A stretch of DNA of 64,000 nt from positions 22,940,001 through 23,004,000 of the forward strand of contig CM106586.1 of the NCBI GenBank assembly GCA_048013815.1, in the 5' to 3' direction. Positions 47,701-59,494 of the stretch are shown in pieces. Numbering within the stretch: the first letter of the stretch is position 1; each line of letters begins with the position of its first letter. Below the pieces are notes generated by a model. The model ran no database searches. It saw nothing but the letters and a program-made list of their open reading frames with translations, and was not told where the DNA came from. The translations under genes and the position numbers were made by a program. The DNA is from Setoptus koraiensis (taxonomy: Eukaryota > Animalia > Arthropoda).

Positions 47701-50150
47701 AGAAATTTCGTCCCTAGAACAGTTACGATTAATCTAGACTCTCGAGGCAAGCTTCTGTACGGGAAATTTGAGAATACCAAGTTTTCGTCAAACGATATTC
47801 GTCGAAAAAAGCTTATGTCTTGTCGTACGAATTTCGTAGTAATTGGACCAGCTAACTTTTGCACACCATGCCATATTTCTGCTTTTAGATGAAAATCTTG
47901 GTATTGTGAAAGCCACTCAGGACAAGGCTGAGTGATTAAATGAACATGAATGGATACTTCATCATTGATGGAATCTATGTAAACTGTATTTTTGTCCTTG
48001 TCGATTTTTTTCGTTGGGCTAGTGCTGACGTATGGAGCATTTTCTGCGGTCAGTCCACCGTCATCATCGTAATGGAATTGTAACCAATTTTCATCGTGTT
48101 GATTGTTTGATAAAGATTCACTAGGGACTGTTTGCTGTAACTTGAAATCGACGCAAAGATTTTGGCTGATTATCTCTACTTGGTCAGCTAGTTGACTGAG
48201 AAGTCTGGACAGAGCGTGTTGAATAACTTCTACCATGGTACAATTTATATTGGTGCCATCGATGGCGGGGCTGTGATGCTCGTCATTCTCAGTTTCTGTA
48301 TAAGAAGTGTTGCAAGCCTTTATATAGTTGACTTCCGACTTGTAAGTACGACAGAGCTCTGCTAGGTTTTCTTTTGCTTCCGTTACAGACATAGGCTCTG
48401 AATTAATCAAGTAAGAACATATTGCCTTTGTTGCTTGAACCAAACTTTGAGGTTGAAGGTTCGTCGCTTTATGAATTACGTTATGATAGAGCTTCGCGGC
48501 CTCTTTCTCGAGCATTTCAATAGTTATGCTCAAAGAATCATAATTCAAGTCGTTAAAATCAAGTAAAGCTGTAGTAGACAATAAATCGTCCGGAGAGAGA
48601 GTTGAGTCAACTTGATAGTCGTCCTCTGCATTTCTTAAGTAGGGCTTACGGGCCTGCTCCTTCGCGACCAGAGTTAAACTCACATCCATGCCAAACTTGC
48701 AACAATGGTTCACCAATGAATAGTCGGCTAAGCAACGGTGCGATTCGAAATATTCATCTCTACCTGTAACTTTGAGCAAATAGTTACCCATGGAATCATC
48801 AGTTTTGATATCTTCGAATAACGAACAAACAGCATGACTTATCAAATGCTCTATAGTAGTCTTGATATTACAAGTGAAAGTAATTGGATCAGAAGCGAGA
48901 GAAGATTCTATTATCAACTTAACACTCAAAGAATCATCTCTCAAGCTGTAAAGAGTTGGACTAAGCACCAATCCAGAATTGGTACGGGAATCCTTGTAGC
49001 TGAATTCGGACCTCATAGTTTTCAGTTTGTTTGTGAATCGAACTAGATCATTGTTTGATCTAAGATCGCGTCGAACTATGCGCAATCTTGCAAAGTTGAA
49101 CGAAGTATTAGTAGAACTTTGTTCAGGTAGATGCAATTTTTCACTCCCATTTGAAGCAGATGACGTCGACATACTTGATGCTATTGATTGCATGGAGGAG
49201 CGCTTTTCTATTTCCTTCGGTTTCAATGACTTATCACTGCCGTGACTTGTACTTGTGAGTGAAGAATAATTATCGTTTTCATTTTTATACCTAGGGGCCA
49301 GTTCGTTATGTTGAGGAGGATGCATTCTAAGAGTAACAGGATTAGGTGGTGGAGGAATGAGACCTCGATTGAGTGTTGATTTGCTCAATTCTCGCTCAGG
49401 TTTTGGGCTATTCATCTTTGCATTCAATGGATCGAACAAGGTAAGGATCTCACTTGCACCATCATCGGTATGACCTTCAAGATCGATGAGATCTCTATAG
49501 GAACTAGATGGTCTGACACGCCTGCGAACATTTGGTTTGATTCCATCCATATTACCTGTGCTACCTGTTGCAATCTTGGTCAGTTTCTTAGTCGAATCAT
49601 CTTCAAAGCTAGTGTTCGTTGTTGATCCATTAAGCAGGGAATGAGATATTGTTGTATAAAATGTTTTAGTATTGTGCGAATCCGCTTCGATTTTAGATAC
49701 AGCAACCATTTGTGATTGTCTATTTTCGTTAGTAGGGGCTAGGCGATCTTCTTTGATACTTTCGTAACCTATGTTTGCTCTTAGCGGAGAATAACTTGAA
49801 CTCTGCAGAACAGAGGAATGAGATAAATAATTGTTGCTAGTCATCTCAAAACCGCTAACATAGTAATTTGGTTTCTGGTTATGATTTAGAATCTCCCCAG
49901 AGTCACTTGTGTCTTGTTTGTTGTATATGCTGTCTCGTTGAGAAGTTGCGTCATGAGAGACAATATTGTTATGATCAATAATCATTGATAGCTGCTTGGG
50001 AGTTGGCGGTATCTGATCTAAAAGATTGGCATCTAGTCGAGGTTTATTTAATTGCTTTTCTCCTTGCAAACTAGATGTGATTGGTCTATTCGACGACTTG
50101 GGCGGTAAAGGCAACTCGTTACACTGATCCGACCTTGATTGATTGTTCAT
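44751..50150 (-). CDS. Pi3K68D: Class II phosphoinositide 3-kinase (PI3K-C2 / Pi3K68D-like), 1799 aa, intronless
   Basis: Ras-binding, C2 and helical regions; kinase motifs 'FKIGDDLRQD', 'DRHNDNIM', 'HIDFGKFLG'; C-terminal PX ('RTYREFSEL') and C2 domain diagnostic of class II. Confidence 0.95.
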   Translation of the reverse strand: MNNQSRSDQCNELPLPPKSSNRPITSSLQGEKQLNKPRLDANLLDQIPPTPKQLSMIIDHNNIVSHDATSQRDSIYNKQDTSDSGEILNHNQKPNYYVSGFEMTSNNYLSHSSVLQSSSYSPLRANIGYESIKEDRLAPTNENRQSQMVAVSKIEADSHNTKTFYTTISHSLLNGSTTNTSFEDDSTKKLTKIATGSTGNMDGIKPNVRRRVRPSSSYRDLIDLEGHTDDGASEILTLFDPLNAKMNSPKPERELSKSTLNRGLIPPPPNPVTLRMHPPQHNELAPRYKNENDNYSSLTSTSHGSDKSLKPKEIEKRSSMQSIASSMSTSSASNGSEKLHLPEQSSTNTSFNFARLRIVRRDLRSNNDLVRFTNKLKTMRSEFSYKDSRTNSGLVLSPTLYSLRDDSLSVKLIIESSLASDPITFTCNIKTTIEHLISHAVCSLFEDIKTDDSMGNYLLKVTGRDEYFESHRCLADYSLVNHCCKFGMDVSLTLVAKEQARKPYLRNAEDDYQVDSTLSPDDLLSTTALLDFNDLNYDSLSITIEMLEKEAAKLYHNVIHKATNLQPQSLVQATKAICSYLINSEPMSVTEAKENLAELCRTYKSEVNYIKACNTSYTETENDEHHSPAIDGTNINCTMVEVIQHALSRLLSQLADQVEIISQNLCVDFKLQQTVPSESLSNNQHDENWLQFHYDDDGGLTAENAPYVSTSPTKKIDKDKNTVYIDSINDEVSIHVHLITQPCPEWLSQYQDFHLKAEIWHGVQKLAGPITTKFVRQDISFFRRISFDENLVFSNFPYRSLPRESRLIVTVLGTKFLPLANTQQVSQGNELNSSVSSADDNAHSGSPTSICSTSPMYSTSPGSTTILKMHETVHDELHHGIYYFFDSDLNLVQGVKMLGLQSRPEKSYEMVLQPDYPRRSGPFLQIEFFDLLKNVKFPDLKNLREETKTNTTIKKVQNLQLEDLDIATQQDILKIIDENKPHENLLDEEKALIWSNREYLRSLTNALPKVILSAPDWSYAQLDSIYELIESWNMPSSVDAMQLLMPSFPDVFVRGKAVDLISNLSDDELCDYLPQIVQAIRNEPYVDSPLVFMLFRKALTNARIANLLYWQFKLNTKDENFKQRSETLLNSLQWLCGKSMRSINSKQEELLMKLTEVSDKIKNTRESQRLFTLHKELESIQDYLTEAKPNLPIAPSLEVCDIDIKSCSYFTSNTLPLRLAFRSCEESCKRAVKFHTYETIFKIGDDLRQDMLAIQIIRIMEKLWLREGLDLRMVTFDCLATDERQGMIELVKNSDTLRRIQAQSHFLKGPFEKKPIVEWLRIRNTSELEYQLAVDNFTHSCAGYSVATYILGICDRHNDNIMVTHSGHLFHIDFGKFLGDAQMMGSIKRDRTPFVLTGDMAYVINGGDKPSKKFQTFIELCTMGFNIIRRNRNLFLNLFSLMTQSNIPGLSKDAVCYIDKMLMPGLTEAEAMAKFTRMIDDCLNSRSTQVNFFIHNLAQLRFSGDNQDNRTLLSFIPKTFTEATDGKIKSLQIVKYYKEKLSSSEKQYYYIIQVEREQQVQPEFIVRTYREFSELQMKLSWRFPSNTFHALQKSSIFFMDFKRSNIREVAEKRMTDLNIFLEKLLQLPENISHCDLVYTFFHPVLRDQGVSAGGDESGTFGSREYSDSTRNALYHNSNGQIKLSLVYKNASLIIMVMHAKNLPCIKGTSGPNCYAKTYLLPDPTKRSKQKTRVIRQSCHPTFMELIVYKWPLEHLKKMTLQVSLWDCDYVQVKGYLGAALIPLKDVDLLHETIAWHPLR

Positions 50151-51650
50151 GTTGGATTGTATTTTATATAAGTTTCAGTTTGACAGTTAATACATGGAAC
50201 AGACGAACCATTTCTAAATGTTATTGCACAATAATATTTATCAATTCGATACAGTAGGTAATAATAAAATCTAGCATTCCGTAGTAAATGACGGTAATAA
50301 AAAGATGGGCGAACAATAAAAGCGGTGGATCACAAATCCATCTGTTGATTAAAAGAGAAAAGATTATAGTTTGGTAAGTAAGTCGAATGGAAAATTTGTG
50401 ATGTTGAAGAAAGTGTGATGTAAAACTGTACACCCTGTTATACAATGTTTGTTTGAGCCAAAGTAATCAGATAATGCCAGTACATCGCAAACGCTTCTCA
50501 ACGAACAAGAGAGTTATCAGAGTAGTCTTGTCATTCGAGTTGATCAGTAGTAGCATTCATCAGATGAGTTTACATAGCATCCATTGTTAGTTAAATAACA
50601 TAATTTGATTCTATGATGAGCTTCTCATACTTTTCCAAAAACTAGTATTGTAGCATATATATGATAGATCAACAACAATGACCAAGCGTCTCAGCAGCCA
50701 TTTTTATTTTTAGCAAGCTGGAACAGTTACATCATACTCATACAAATTAAATTTTGCACCTGTATGCTGTGGAATCAGGCTCAGTTCACTGATGACAACA
50801 ATGAGTCATGGGCAAGATGATCTTGCTGTCCTGTAAGAGCAATCAAGTGAAAAAAAAAGTTGACTACACAACCATTCTCGACATAGATCAATAGCCTCTC
50901 GAGAAAGATGCGTTCCAAGAATTGTTGTGCTACCACATCGAGTTGTGCAGTAGAGTATAACATTGCCAATAAAGATGGCAACAATACGATGCTTTGCCAC
51001 AAAAGTCAAACTAGAATAGCATTAGTAGCGCCTATTATGTTGCCATTGAAGATCTAATTACATTCTGGACTGGATAATATGGCTTCAGATTGTACTGATC
51101 GAGTGCACAATCAACTATCACTACTAATCATGGTGAAATTGGGTGCTGAGTATTCAAATGTTACCATCTGATTTGATATAACATGATGAGATTGTGATGA
51201 TTTCGGCCCATCCAACATGGATAGTTGAGAGGTTAATGTAGCAAGAGTGACAATTGGCAAACTTACATTTGTGTGTCTCTTCTTCTTCCTGTTTTACAAT
51301 AATCTCTTATCAAGTCTGCTTCATGCCCCTTTGTTGGATAAAAACAAAGAGCCCAATAATAAATTCAAGCAACAGATAGATATTGACTGATGTTGTAGAT
51401 ACTAAATTTCTGGTCTGGGTGTATCCTCCTTGAAATTCCATTTGGACTAATATGATATTAAAAATAGAAGGTAATCTAATGTAGATAATATAAGTTGTAT
51501 TGTGTGATTCCAGTGATAAGTGAATGATAATAAATAACTGTAATAATGTTAATGGTAAATAAACGAATAAAAGATATCACTCTGGACATGAGAGCAGTCC
51601 CAACTAGACAAGCAGGAGACCATTCCTCAAGTGATGCATTCAGCTCGCTT

Positions 51651-51790
51651 GTGTGTTTGTGTGTGTGTCTGTGTGTTGTTATTGCTTATCTCTATGTGCT
51701 TGTGTGCTTCGAAGTGTGTGTGTGTGTGTGTGTGTGTCTGCCTGTGCAGATAAATGTGTGAGTGCGTTTGTGTGTTACATGGACACACAC
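51651..51790. repeat. (GT)n-rich simple repeat region including (GT)12 at 51714-51737
   Basis: Visible TG/GT tracts. Confidence 0.75.
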
Positions 51791-53376
51791 ACCCAAATGA
51801 ACTTGGAGAGTGTATCGAACAAACCACCAATCGAACGATTCCACTACAGACACTCAGGTGTGCACACTGTGCCATTTGATATTCTGCAAAATATGTGCAC
51901 TGAAAAAGAAAGTTCTATGTGCTGTGGTCACCTTATTGTGACCGAGGGACAATTCGACGATCGATATGAGACACAAAAACAACATTGTAACTTTTTTCGA
52001 ACCATTTTGTTACGATATGTCATTGATGGTATCGCGCGCTAGAGAAAATAAAAATTTGCAACTTTTGAGCAGAACTTTTTAAGCTTCTACGATAATTATT
52101 TTATTACATGGGAAAGACTCAAAATATGGTCAGTATGGGTGGTGTTTCGAATGGTAGCTCAAACTAATAAATATAGTAGAATAAATATACGTCTTGGTGA
52201 TATTATGTCGAATGTAAGCTCTGTGTGTTAGTTCATCGAACCAATAATTTTCAGTTGTTGTCAACGTGTTGTTCAATCGTTATTCCCCTCATCTCTGCGC
52301 GTGTGCATGGCATGAGTCATGAGCCAGGGTCGTCAATAATATCTCGATCGTCAATGACGAGACCCGGGTTGAAGTATAGGAACTTTTTCCAACCATAACA
52401 TTTGAGTTCTAACGTCTGGGCCTGGCCAGACTCCTTCTGTGCCCATTCCCGTGTAATCTTCGAGATAGTTTATCAGGTGCATGTGCGTGCAAAACCAAAG
52501 ACAATTAACCCCGCGGATTTTTTTTTGTGAGGAGATGATGGCAAGAGTGCGAAGTTTTTTGAATCATTTTTTTGCACAAGATTTGAGGAGGATATGGGGC
52601 GGCGGGGATTAGAGAACGTTTAGGAAATAGATAGATTTTAATAACGTGCGTTATTAATCGCGTTTTCATTGACACCTCACGGTATCGTCGCCTGGTTGTC
52701 TGGTGGTGGAACGTGCGTATTACGCAGAGCAAGAGCACCTAGAGTACACTTACCATTTTTAGAATGGATAGAAAGTCCCTATTGTGTGCGCAAGTCATCA
52801 AGTAATAGGTCAGCGCGACAGACATGAAGGATCCAGATACTTCATCTCTGTCGGTAGCGTAACCTTTAAAAACGAACGTTTAAGAAGATCAAGGGGATTG
52901 TTATAAACAAGTTTTCACCAATATATTATTTAGTTTGTGCAATAGTTGGTTGCGAGTGCATTGAGCGATTACCATATTGACCAAACGAGCGAACAGAGTG
53001 CATAATATTTGTTGTTATTTGTTGTTGTTATGTTATAAAAGAGATTGTCGATTGTAAAAATGAAATTTGTGTTTGCATAACAAGTGTTTTGGAAGAGTGG
53101 TTTGAGGTCTATCTGGAGGGAAAACAAAAGAAAGCAAAAAAAAAGAACGGAAAGCGGCCAGCCAATGAATATTCCATTGCATCTAGTTCCAGAACTAATC
53201 GAGCTTTCCAGAGTTCGTGTCCTCCCCATGATCGACCAAATTATCAGTGCGCAGCTTTATTGTTGGGCATAAAAGAGGGAGCCACCATCGTTACCCAATG
53301 CTTATTGTTTGTTCGTTTCTTTTTTATCGCTTTCCACGGCGAAACTGACGAAATGAAGACTGCACTTCCAAAGGGA

Positions 53377-54891
53377 CTAAGCACACGCGCAAAATAAAAA
53401 TGGCGACTGCCCGTCACGCGTTGATTCCATCATGGAGTTTCCATGCGAGCCGAAGCAACAGGCCAAAACGATCATTGCTGGTGAGGTTGATAGATGCAGG
53501 CTCTTACAACAAATGCTCGCGCCGTGAATGCTTTGTCCAAGAATATGCGTTGCGATTACTACCACTGTCCAGCTAAACCTAACCCGATCTAACCGAAAAA
53601 GATCTAGAAAGAGTAAGCAAAAAATCATCTATCTGTTTACTACTAACCCAAGCCCAAACAACAGAAACACAATAACATATCCGTTTTTATCGGCAACCTG
53701 CAGTCTTTGGCTGAGACGACCACGCTCTTATTGTCCATGCCAGTGGTAGACGCTTTAGCATCTTTTTCTGTTTGGCCGGAGATGAGACACTCCGAGGACT
53801 TGAGCTCGGTTTTATGTGAAGTCGAAGACGAGTCAACTCGATCAGCATTCAACAGACAGGGCTCTATGCCTGTCAGTTGGTAGCTGAGATAATTTTCAAC
53901 ATTTTCGTTATTACAGAAGGGTCTGTTTTCAATTCCTTGAGCCAATGATGCCGGTGATATATGATAATGGTAGTGTTGTAGTCCTACAGACACAGATAGA
54001 CAGACATATAAATATGATAATAGATGCGCAATATAAACGGAATGAGGTGGTCCAGTATATAATCATCGTCCCTTTCATATAGTCGGTTTGTAATGTAGGG
54101 AAAAGTCTATCCGACGAGATATATCGTCTATGTTTGATTCGACGCATTTGAATGACTCGACGAATGATCATCAACCTGTACTTACTTTGTCTTCTGTACA
54201 ATACCGATTGCATGAGGAACACTTTTGGTTTACCGAGCATCGCTTTGCAGCGTCGATTATCGAAACAGTCAATCATATCATGAATATCTATGGCTTTGCC
54301 ATCGGAGCCATAAAGATGATTTTCATTTCCGTGGGTCAAAACAATCACAAATAAAGCGTCGTGTTCTGCTTTACATTTATCGGCAGTAGACCTAAACGAA
54401 TGTAACATATCACTGGCGGTGAGATTATTCTCAACATGAACATCAAAACCCAATTGTTGGAAAACATTTTCGAGATTTCGAGCATCGTCAAACGACCATG
54501 GACGTTGGGGCAATTCGCTGTAGTTTGTTTGTTTTTGGGTAACGTTTGCACAACAACAATTATTACGACGGACGCTATTACTATTATTATTATCATCGTT
54601 ATTATTATTTTTTTTTGTTAGATCACCATTATTCACAGAACTACTAACATTATCAATTTCACGATAAACACAACTATCATCATGATAATTATCACTATTA
54701 CCAGCACTGGTAAACGTTGTCTTACTAAACTCACTGTTGTTGATAATAAGACAAGGACCTCTGATCTTGGCCGTCATCTTATAGTGATCTGTCGGAATTT
54801 TATGGCAATGAGTAGAGGCACTGTAGTGAGGCGTAATCACTTTAAGCTGTCCAATCGGGTGGTTGCTACGTATTTTAGATGCGACCGCCAT
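53377..54891 (-). CDS. Caspase-like protein, multi-exon, apparently lacking the catalytic Cys; exons include 54891-54186 and 53983-53648, termini uncertain
   Basis: p20 motifs 'RGPCLIINN', 'LGFDV', 'ALFVIVLTHG', 'LYGSDG', 'LGKPKVFLMQ'; p10-like 'LPIKTDMLLCF'. Phase-1 introns with donors GTAAGT at 54185 (acceptor TGTAG at 53984) and GTTAGT at 53647. Confidence 0.75.
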
Positions 54892-56818
54892 GGCTGGGTA
54901 AAAGGGACTGTTGTCGATTGGTCACTTCCTCTATCGAATATGCCTTCTTTTTCTTCGAGTCGTTCATGGAGTATGGAATCCGAATTTAAAGTTTGAATTC
55001 TAAACTATACGTGCTGTGGCAACTATTGTTCTTCTGTAGCACCGTAGCCGTTGTGTTGGATTGTTTTAGAATTCACACGCATGCGCCAGAGTGACGACGA
55101 TGACGTGCTGCGTGATGATTTCTTTGAGCCCGGACCAAGATTCGTGTCTTTGTTCACGAGACTAGGTATGTGTGTCTATTTTTACTATATGCTCAATAGT
55201 GGCAACTGGTGTCCGACCGTTTAAAAGTCCACTTTACTGTGATCTATCTAGTTAGATCGTCTCGCCATCATGTTACATTTTTTTGTAGCTCTTATCTACA
55301 ACTAGTCACGTCCCATGCAAATACTCTGAGCCATCAAGTGAGCTATACAAACATTGAATTGATACAGATAGATTGAGGTGGAATATTGTTGAGACATTCG
55401 CGCCAACTTTTAGCTGTACTAGTTGTTAATGTCATTAACGTTTCCGATTGTCATACTGGGTGGGAAGCTACTTCCTTCGTGTACATCAACGCAGTATGCT
55501 GATTAAGATTGAACAGGTAGAAGACAGTAACAGTTGATATTGGTCAGTCTTGGCAATCCTGTTGAAGAAATAAAACAGATCACCATCAGAAGGGGGTAAT
55601 TTAGTTTCCTGGGAAAACCAAAAATTGAAAATTATCTTTCGCTTGTGTTGGTCATGCTGAATATGATGATGCAAGTTAGTACCGGACATGACGGCCAGAT
55701 AGCGCTAGACCTGTTAATTAGCGAGTGAGTTTAGTTCGAAAATAAAGTGCGACCGTGGTGGCCATTTCCGGAACTAATTTTCGCCATCGTGCCCTTCACT
55801 ATCTGCTGCATGCGATGTTCACGAGAGAAAGATAAAGATTCTTCTTGAAGAAATAAACGCATTGCGATCATCCTCTTTAGATATCTAGGCAGCTGACGTC
55901 TCCTTGTGAATCGGATCTGGCTTCCTTCATCTCTCAGTGTCTCCCCTTTTGCTCTGCGAATGTGAGTGCAAAAGCCTCGTATAGAGAGATCTCGCATCAC
56001 GAGCGAAAGAGGAATGTGATAGTGAGTTCGCTTCCATAACTTTCTCTGTCCTCATGAAACAGCACTGATTTCTTTCCTGTCCCATAGTATATCTATGAGG
56101 GCTAGTCTAATATTTGTGCCAGAAGCTAGAGACAGGGTGTCGCGAAACGAAGAAGTAATTCTCACCCGTCAATCGTTACAACTGGGCAAAATCCAACCGA
56201 GTTGAAGTTGGAATCTTCACTCGATAAATATCCCCGAAGAGGCCCTGATTTCCTTCAGTTGATTCAGCGATCTGTGAGCGCGAGTTTTCCCCGAAGAGAA
56301 AGTGTGAGAGGAAGCTCATCGAGAATAAATACCTAAATTAACGTATCAATATCGTGTTTGGGTTCCATTCTTGATTGTGTCTTTGGTGCGCGCTTACTAC
56401 ACTGTACTCCTCTAGCGGAATTTCAGGCAACTATCCTGCATCGCAGATGGTCGACACTGATACAGTTGTTTGTGACAGACGAGATGAAATCATAAGCATG
56501 CTTTTTATTCTTCCACTGGTTCATGAAAGGGAAATCAATTAGAATTTTACATTTTAATATAGACAACTTCGGTCAGATATCTAATGATTACCGGCTGAGG
56601 TGATAAATCGGATTTCATCTAATCATTAACACGACCAGCGCCGGGCAGCTTATTTTCTGCTATTACCAGGACAGAATATTTGTGCTCCATCTTCTTATCG
56701 ATTTATGGAATAATAATGAATTTATCCCCTCAACAGGCATTCCCTCTTCCTAATTATACATGTCAATCTCCAAAGAGCTCCCAGAACAAAAAATCTCGGT
56801 GTTTGAGTTTATCGGCCC

Positions 56819-58927
56819 ATGGAGCTAGTTGGGCAACAAAAATCCGGCTCAGATCCTGACGAATACTATTCGTCAGTCGAAAATGATGTGGAGCGAGATG
56901 ATGATTTGTTGGAAACCGAAAATTCGAACCAAGATTTGTCTTCGAAAAATAGCCACGATTCGAAGCAAGATGGGCTTTCGAGGCGGAACTCCGTCGTGAC
57001 GAAAATGGACTTGTACACACTGCCAATGTTTCAGTCTGCTGGAGTAGCTTGTAGACCTCCAACAAATAGACTCTACAACTTCCATAGTTGGCACTTGCCA
57101 GATTTCGGAGGATGTGCTGATATTCTCGATGTTTCTCTGAAAAACAATAGCTTAGGACAATGTCCTTTCAAGCCGAAATATGTAGCCTTACCTCTATTTT
57201 TAAACACCGAGAAATTCCAACCGGTTGAACTTAAAATGGCAGATGAATTCCACAAATCTATCCAATGTAATAGATTGTTAATAACTAACAATCCGATTGA
57301 CAGAAGCATGATCTCAATATACCTCGCGAGCAGTAGCAAGCTGATTCTGCAACCGCAATCCCTCCAAGACTACCTTCCCAACACAGCATGTTGGGAGAGC
57401 TATTTTCCATTCAATATTACTCACAAAACTCATCACTCTCGAACATTCAATCAGGAAATTATTGGTCTTCATCATGATGATACATCTAGTATATTACTTG
57501 TTAATTGTATGAATGAGTCGACTGCTATCCGCCTGAATCATTCGGAAGCATTGGAGTTACCATTCTCGTACAAAGAATCAACCACGATTGCCTTCAAATC
57601 TAAACCGAAAAAAGAAAAGTTACATTTCAAAAATGTCTGCATGAATCCTTACAGACCAGGTATTCTGACTTATGCACTTGATGGTGGAAAAATCTGGGAA
57701 CTTAGAGAATATGATTTGAATAGCAAGCAGGTTCAGGTCCCGCTGACAAAATACTCCTGTAGGAACGACATTTACTCTTCAGAATACATAATTTCCGCCT
57801 TGAAGAGTAAAGAAGTAGTCCAGGCGAGATCATATGCAATAGAGGGAGATTTTGAAAGAATACAATCAATCGTTGCTTTTCCGAACCACTTACAGAATAC
57901 GCTTTACACGACGAATTCTAGACTTGGTGTGTTTGACTCTCGCTGTCCAGATTTGGACTCCACGATGATTGTAGAAAAATCGAAGTTACCCACTCTGTAT
58001 CCATTAGAAAGCTTCCACGGGTCTATCTTCAGTAAATTAGATGATCACCAATTTTACGTTCTATCAGACTCACATATAAGAATTTTCGATCTCAGGTACC
58101 ACAACACAGTTTTAAATCAATTGAGTCATAACTTGAAGATGGGGAAGATCAACTCGCTTGAATCTATGATTTTGGATAGTGAGATAAACGACCCCAAAGA
58201 AGTTGTTACCATCAACGATGGTGCAAATATATGCATGAGCATTTTTGGAAAACATCCTGTGGAGAAAAATTTGGTCAATCCTATCTCTTGTAGCCCACCC
58301 ATGTTTGCCTCCAAGCCTACAGATAGTTTCTCCAAAGTCCTTGGATCAGACTTAAACTCTATTCACGATAATTTATCGGATAGTCTGATCTCCGGGTTAC
58401 AAATGGTAAAGATTGAGATAAATGCGTCGTCTATGTTTGAGGATGACACACCCTCTTTTGATCTAGTACAACTAGTAGAAAACGGAAGTCTCTTTTATCA
58501 AAGATTTTATCGCTTCAATCTAGATGATGATATCAATCCAGAAAGTCTTTCACCTTACATCAACAATAAGATTTCGGATTCAAACCCTCACCCAGTCCCT
58601 GATGGTTATATTGAAAGGATGACCTTTATGACATCCGACTCAAGTAAAGCTAATCATCTGTTGGGAATACTCAAAAAGACCACAAGTGAAGCAACATATC
58701 ATGAAGAATTTGACTTAGTTGGTGATAATGGAGAGATTATTCTTATGGATGTGGACGTCCCAAAGAATGCTGATTGCCCAAAAGTTGAATCCGAGTACGA
58801 GGATCCTACATGTCACTCTTTCTCGAATGATGTGGATACAGATGTAGACCTGACTGAAATATTGTCTAAGGTTGACATTCCTGACATTAATCAGGAATAT
58901 CCGAACCAAGAGAATTGGTTTCTTTAA
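56819..58927 (+). CDS. TAF1C: TAF1C-like (SL1/TIF-IB subunit C) beta-propeller protein, 702 aa, intronless
   Basis: Recalled similarity to TAF1C blocks: 'VCMNPYRPGILTYALDGGKIW', 'IRIFDLRY...LSHNL', 'PISCSPP' and 'LVQLVENGSLFYQ' (cf. LFQLSAAGDVFYQ). Divergent; not database-confirmed. Confidence 0.6.
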   Translation: MELVGQQKSGSDPDEYYSSVENDVERDDDLLETENSNQDLSSKNSHDSKQDGLSRRNSVVTKMDLYTLPMFQSAGVACRPPTNRLYNFHSWHLPDFGGCADILDVSLKNNSLGQCPFKPKYVALPLFLNTEKFQPVELKMADEFHKSIQCNRLLITNNPIDRSMISIYLASSSKLILQPQSLQDYLPNTACWESYFPFNITHKTHHSRTFNQEIIGLHHDDTSSILLVNCMNESTAIRLNHSEALELPFSYKESTTIAFKSKPKKEKLHFKNVCMNPYRPGILTYALDGGKIWELREYDLNSKQVQVPLTKYSCRNDIYSSEYIISALKSKEVVQARSYAIEGDFERIQSIVAFPNHLQNTLYTTNSRLGVFDSRCPDLDSTMIVEKSKLPTLYPLESFHGSIFSKLDDHQFYVLSDSHIRIFDLRYHNTVLNQLSHNLKMGKINSLESMILDSEINDPKEVVTINDGANICMSIFGKHPVEKNLVNPISCSPPMFASKPTDSFSKVLGSDLNSIHDNLSDSLISGLQMVKIEINASSMFEDDTPSFDLVQLVENGSLFYQRFYRFNLDDDINPESLSPYINNKISDSNPHPVPDGYIERMTFMTSDSSKANHLLGILKKTTSEATYHEEFDLVGDNGEIILMDVDVPKNADCPKVESEYEDPTCHSFSNDVDTDVDLTEILSKVDIPDINQEYPNQENWFL

Positions 58928-59116
58928 AGATGGATAATAAGAGCCCGAGTTGATATTCGAACAATGATTTCTATACGTTATGGTGTCTTGGCTATTTTAT
59001 ATACGATCTCAACATCTGGATTAGGTTAATTTTAAGCAATATTAGACTATAAACAAAAGAAAAATTTTATATGAAAATTAAAAGACAAAATTAAATTCCT
59101 CCTAGATATTCCAGAT

Positions 59117-59494
59117 CTATCTGTAGTCTTCGGCAGAAAACAATCCTTTGGCGCGTCGCATTATAGAGTCTTTGTTGGAATCATAGGGATGGTCCTTCGA
59201 AGGTATCTCTAATACTGCTGGAATAGGTAGTTTGTGGGCATCAATAACGTGCCTGATCATTTCAGCTATATTCTGATTGATTAGTATGATGTCGATGTCG
59301 CCACGCTTGACTAATCCCTTGAATGAGTCCTCTAATTCTTGGATTGTGGTGTTTTTGCCTACCACGATAAAATTAAGATTTGGTATCTTGGTCTTATTGA
59401 GATCGCCAATTCCTCCTAGAAGAAATCCAACGCATGTATCTTCATCTCCAATAAGTCCAATTAATTTTCCTTTGACTGCTGTGAGAAGTGCCAT
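59117..59494 (-). CDS. ATP6V1F: V-type proton ATPase subunit F (125 aa, intronless)
   Basis: '[23 protein letters not shown]', '[17 protein letters not shown]', '[24 protein letters not shown]'; start ATG 59494. Confidence 0.97.
   Translation of the reverse strand: MALLTAVKGKLIGLIGDEDTCVGFLLGGIGDLNKTKIPNLNFIVVGKNTTIQELEDSFKGLVKRGDIDIILINQNIAEMIRHVIDAHKLPIPAVLEIPSKDHPYDSNKDSIMRRAKGLFSAEDYR

Noticed and set aside
56210-56280. 'LDKYPRRGPDFLQLIQ' resembling a CARD helix next to the caspase
   Set aside because: It is on the plus strand, opposite to the caspase, in a short stop-bounded frame. No caspase prodomain could be reconstructed.
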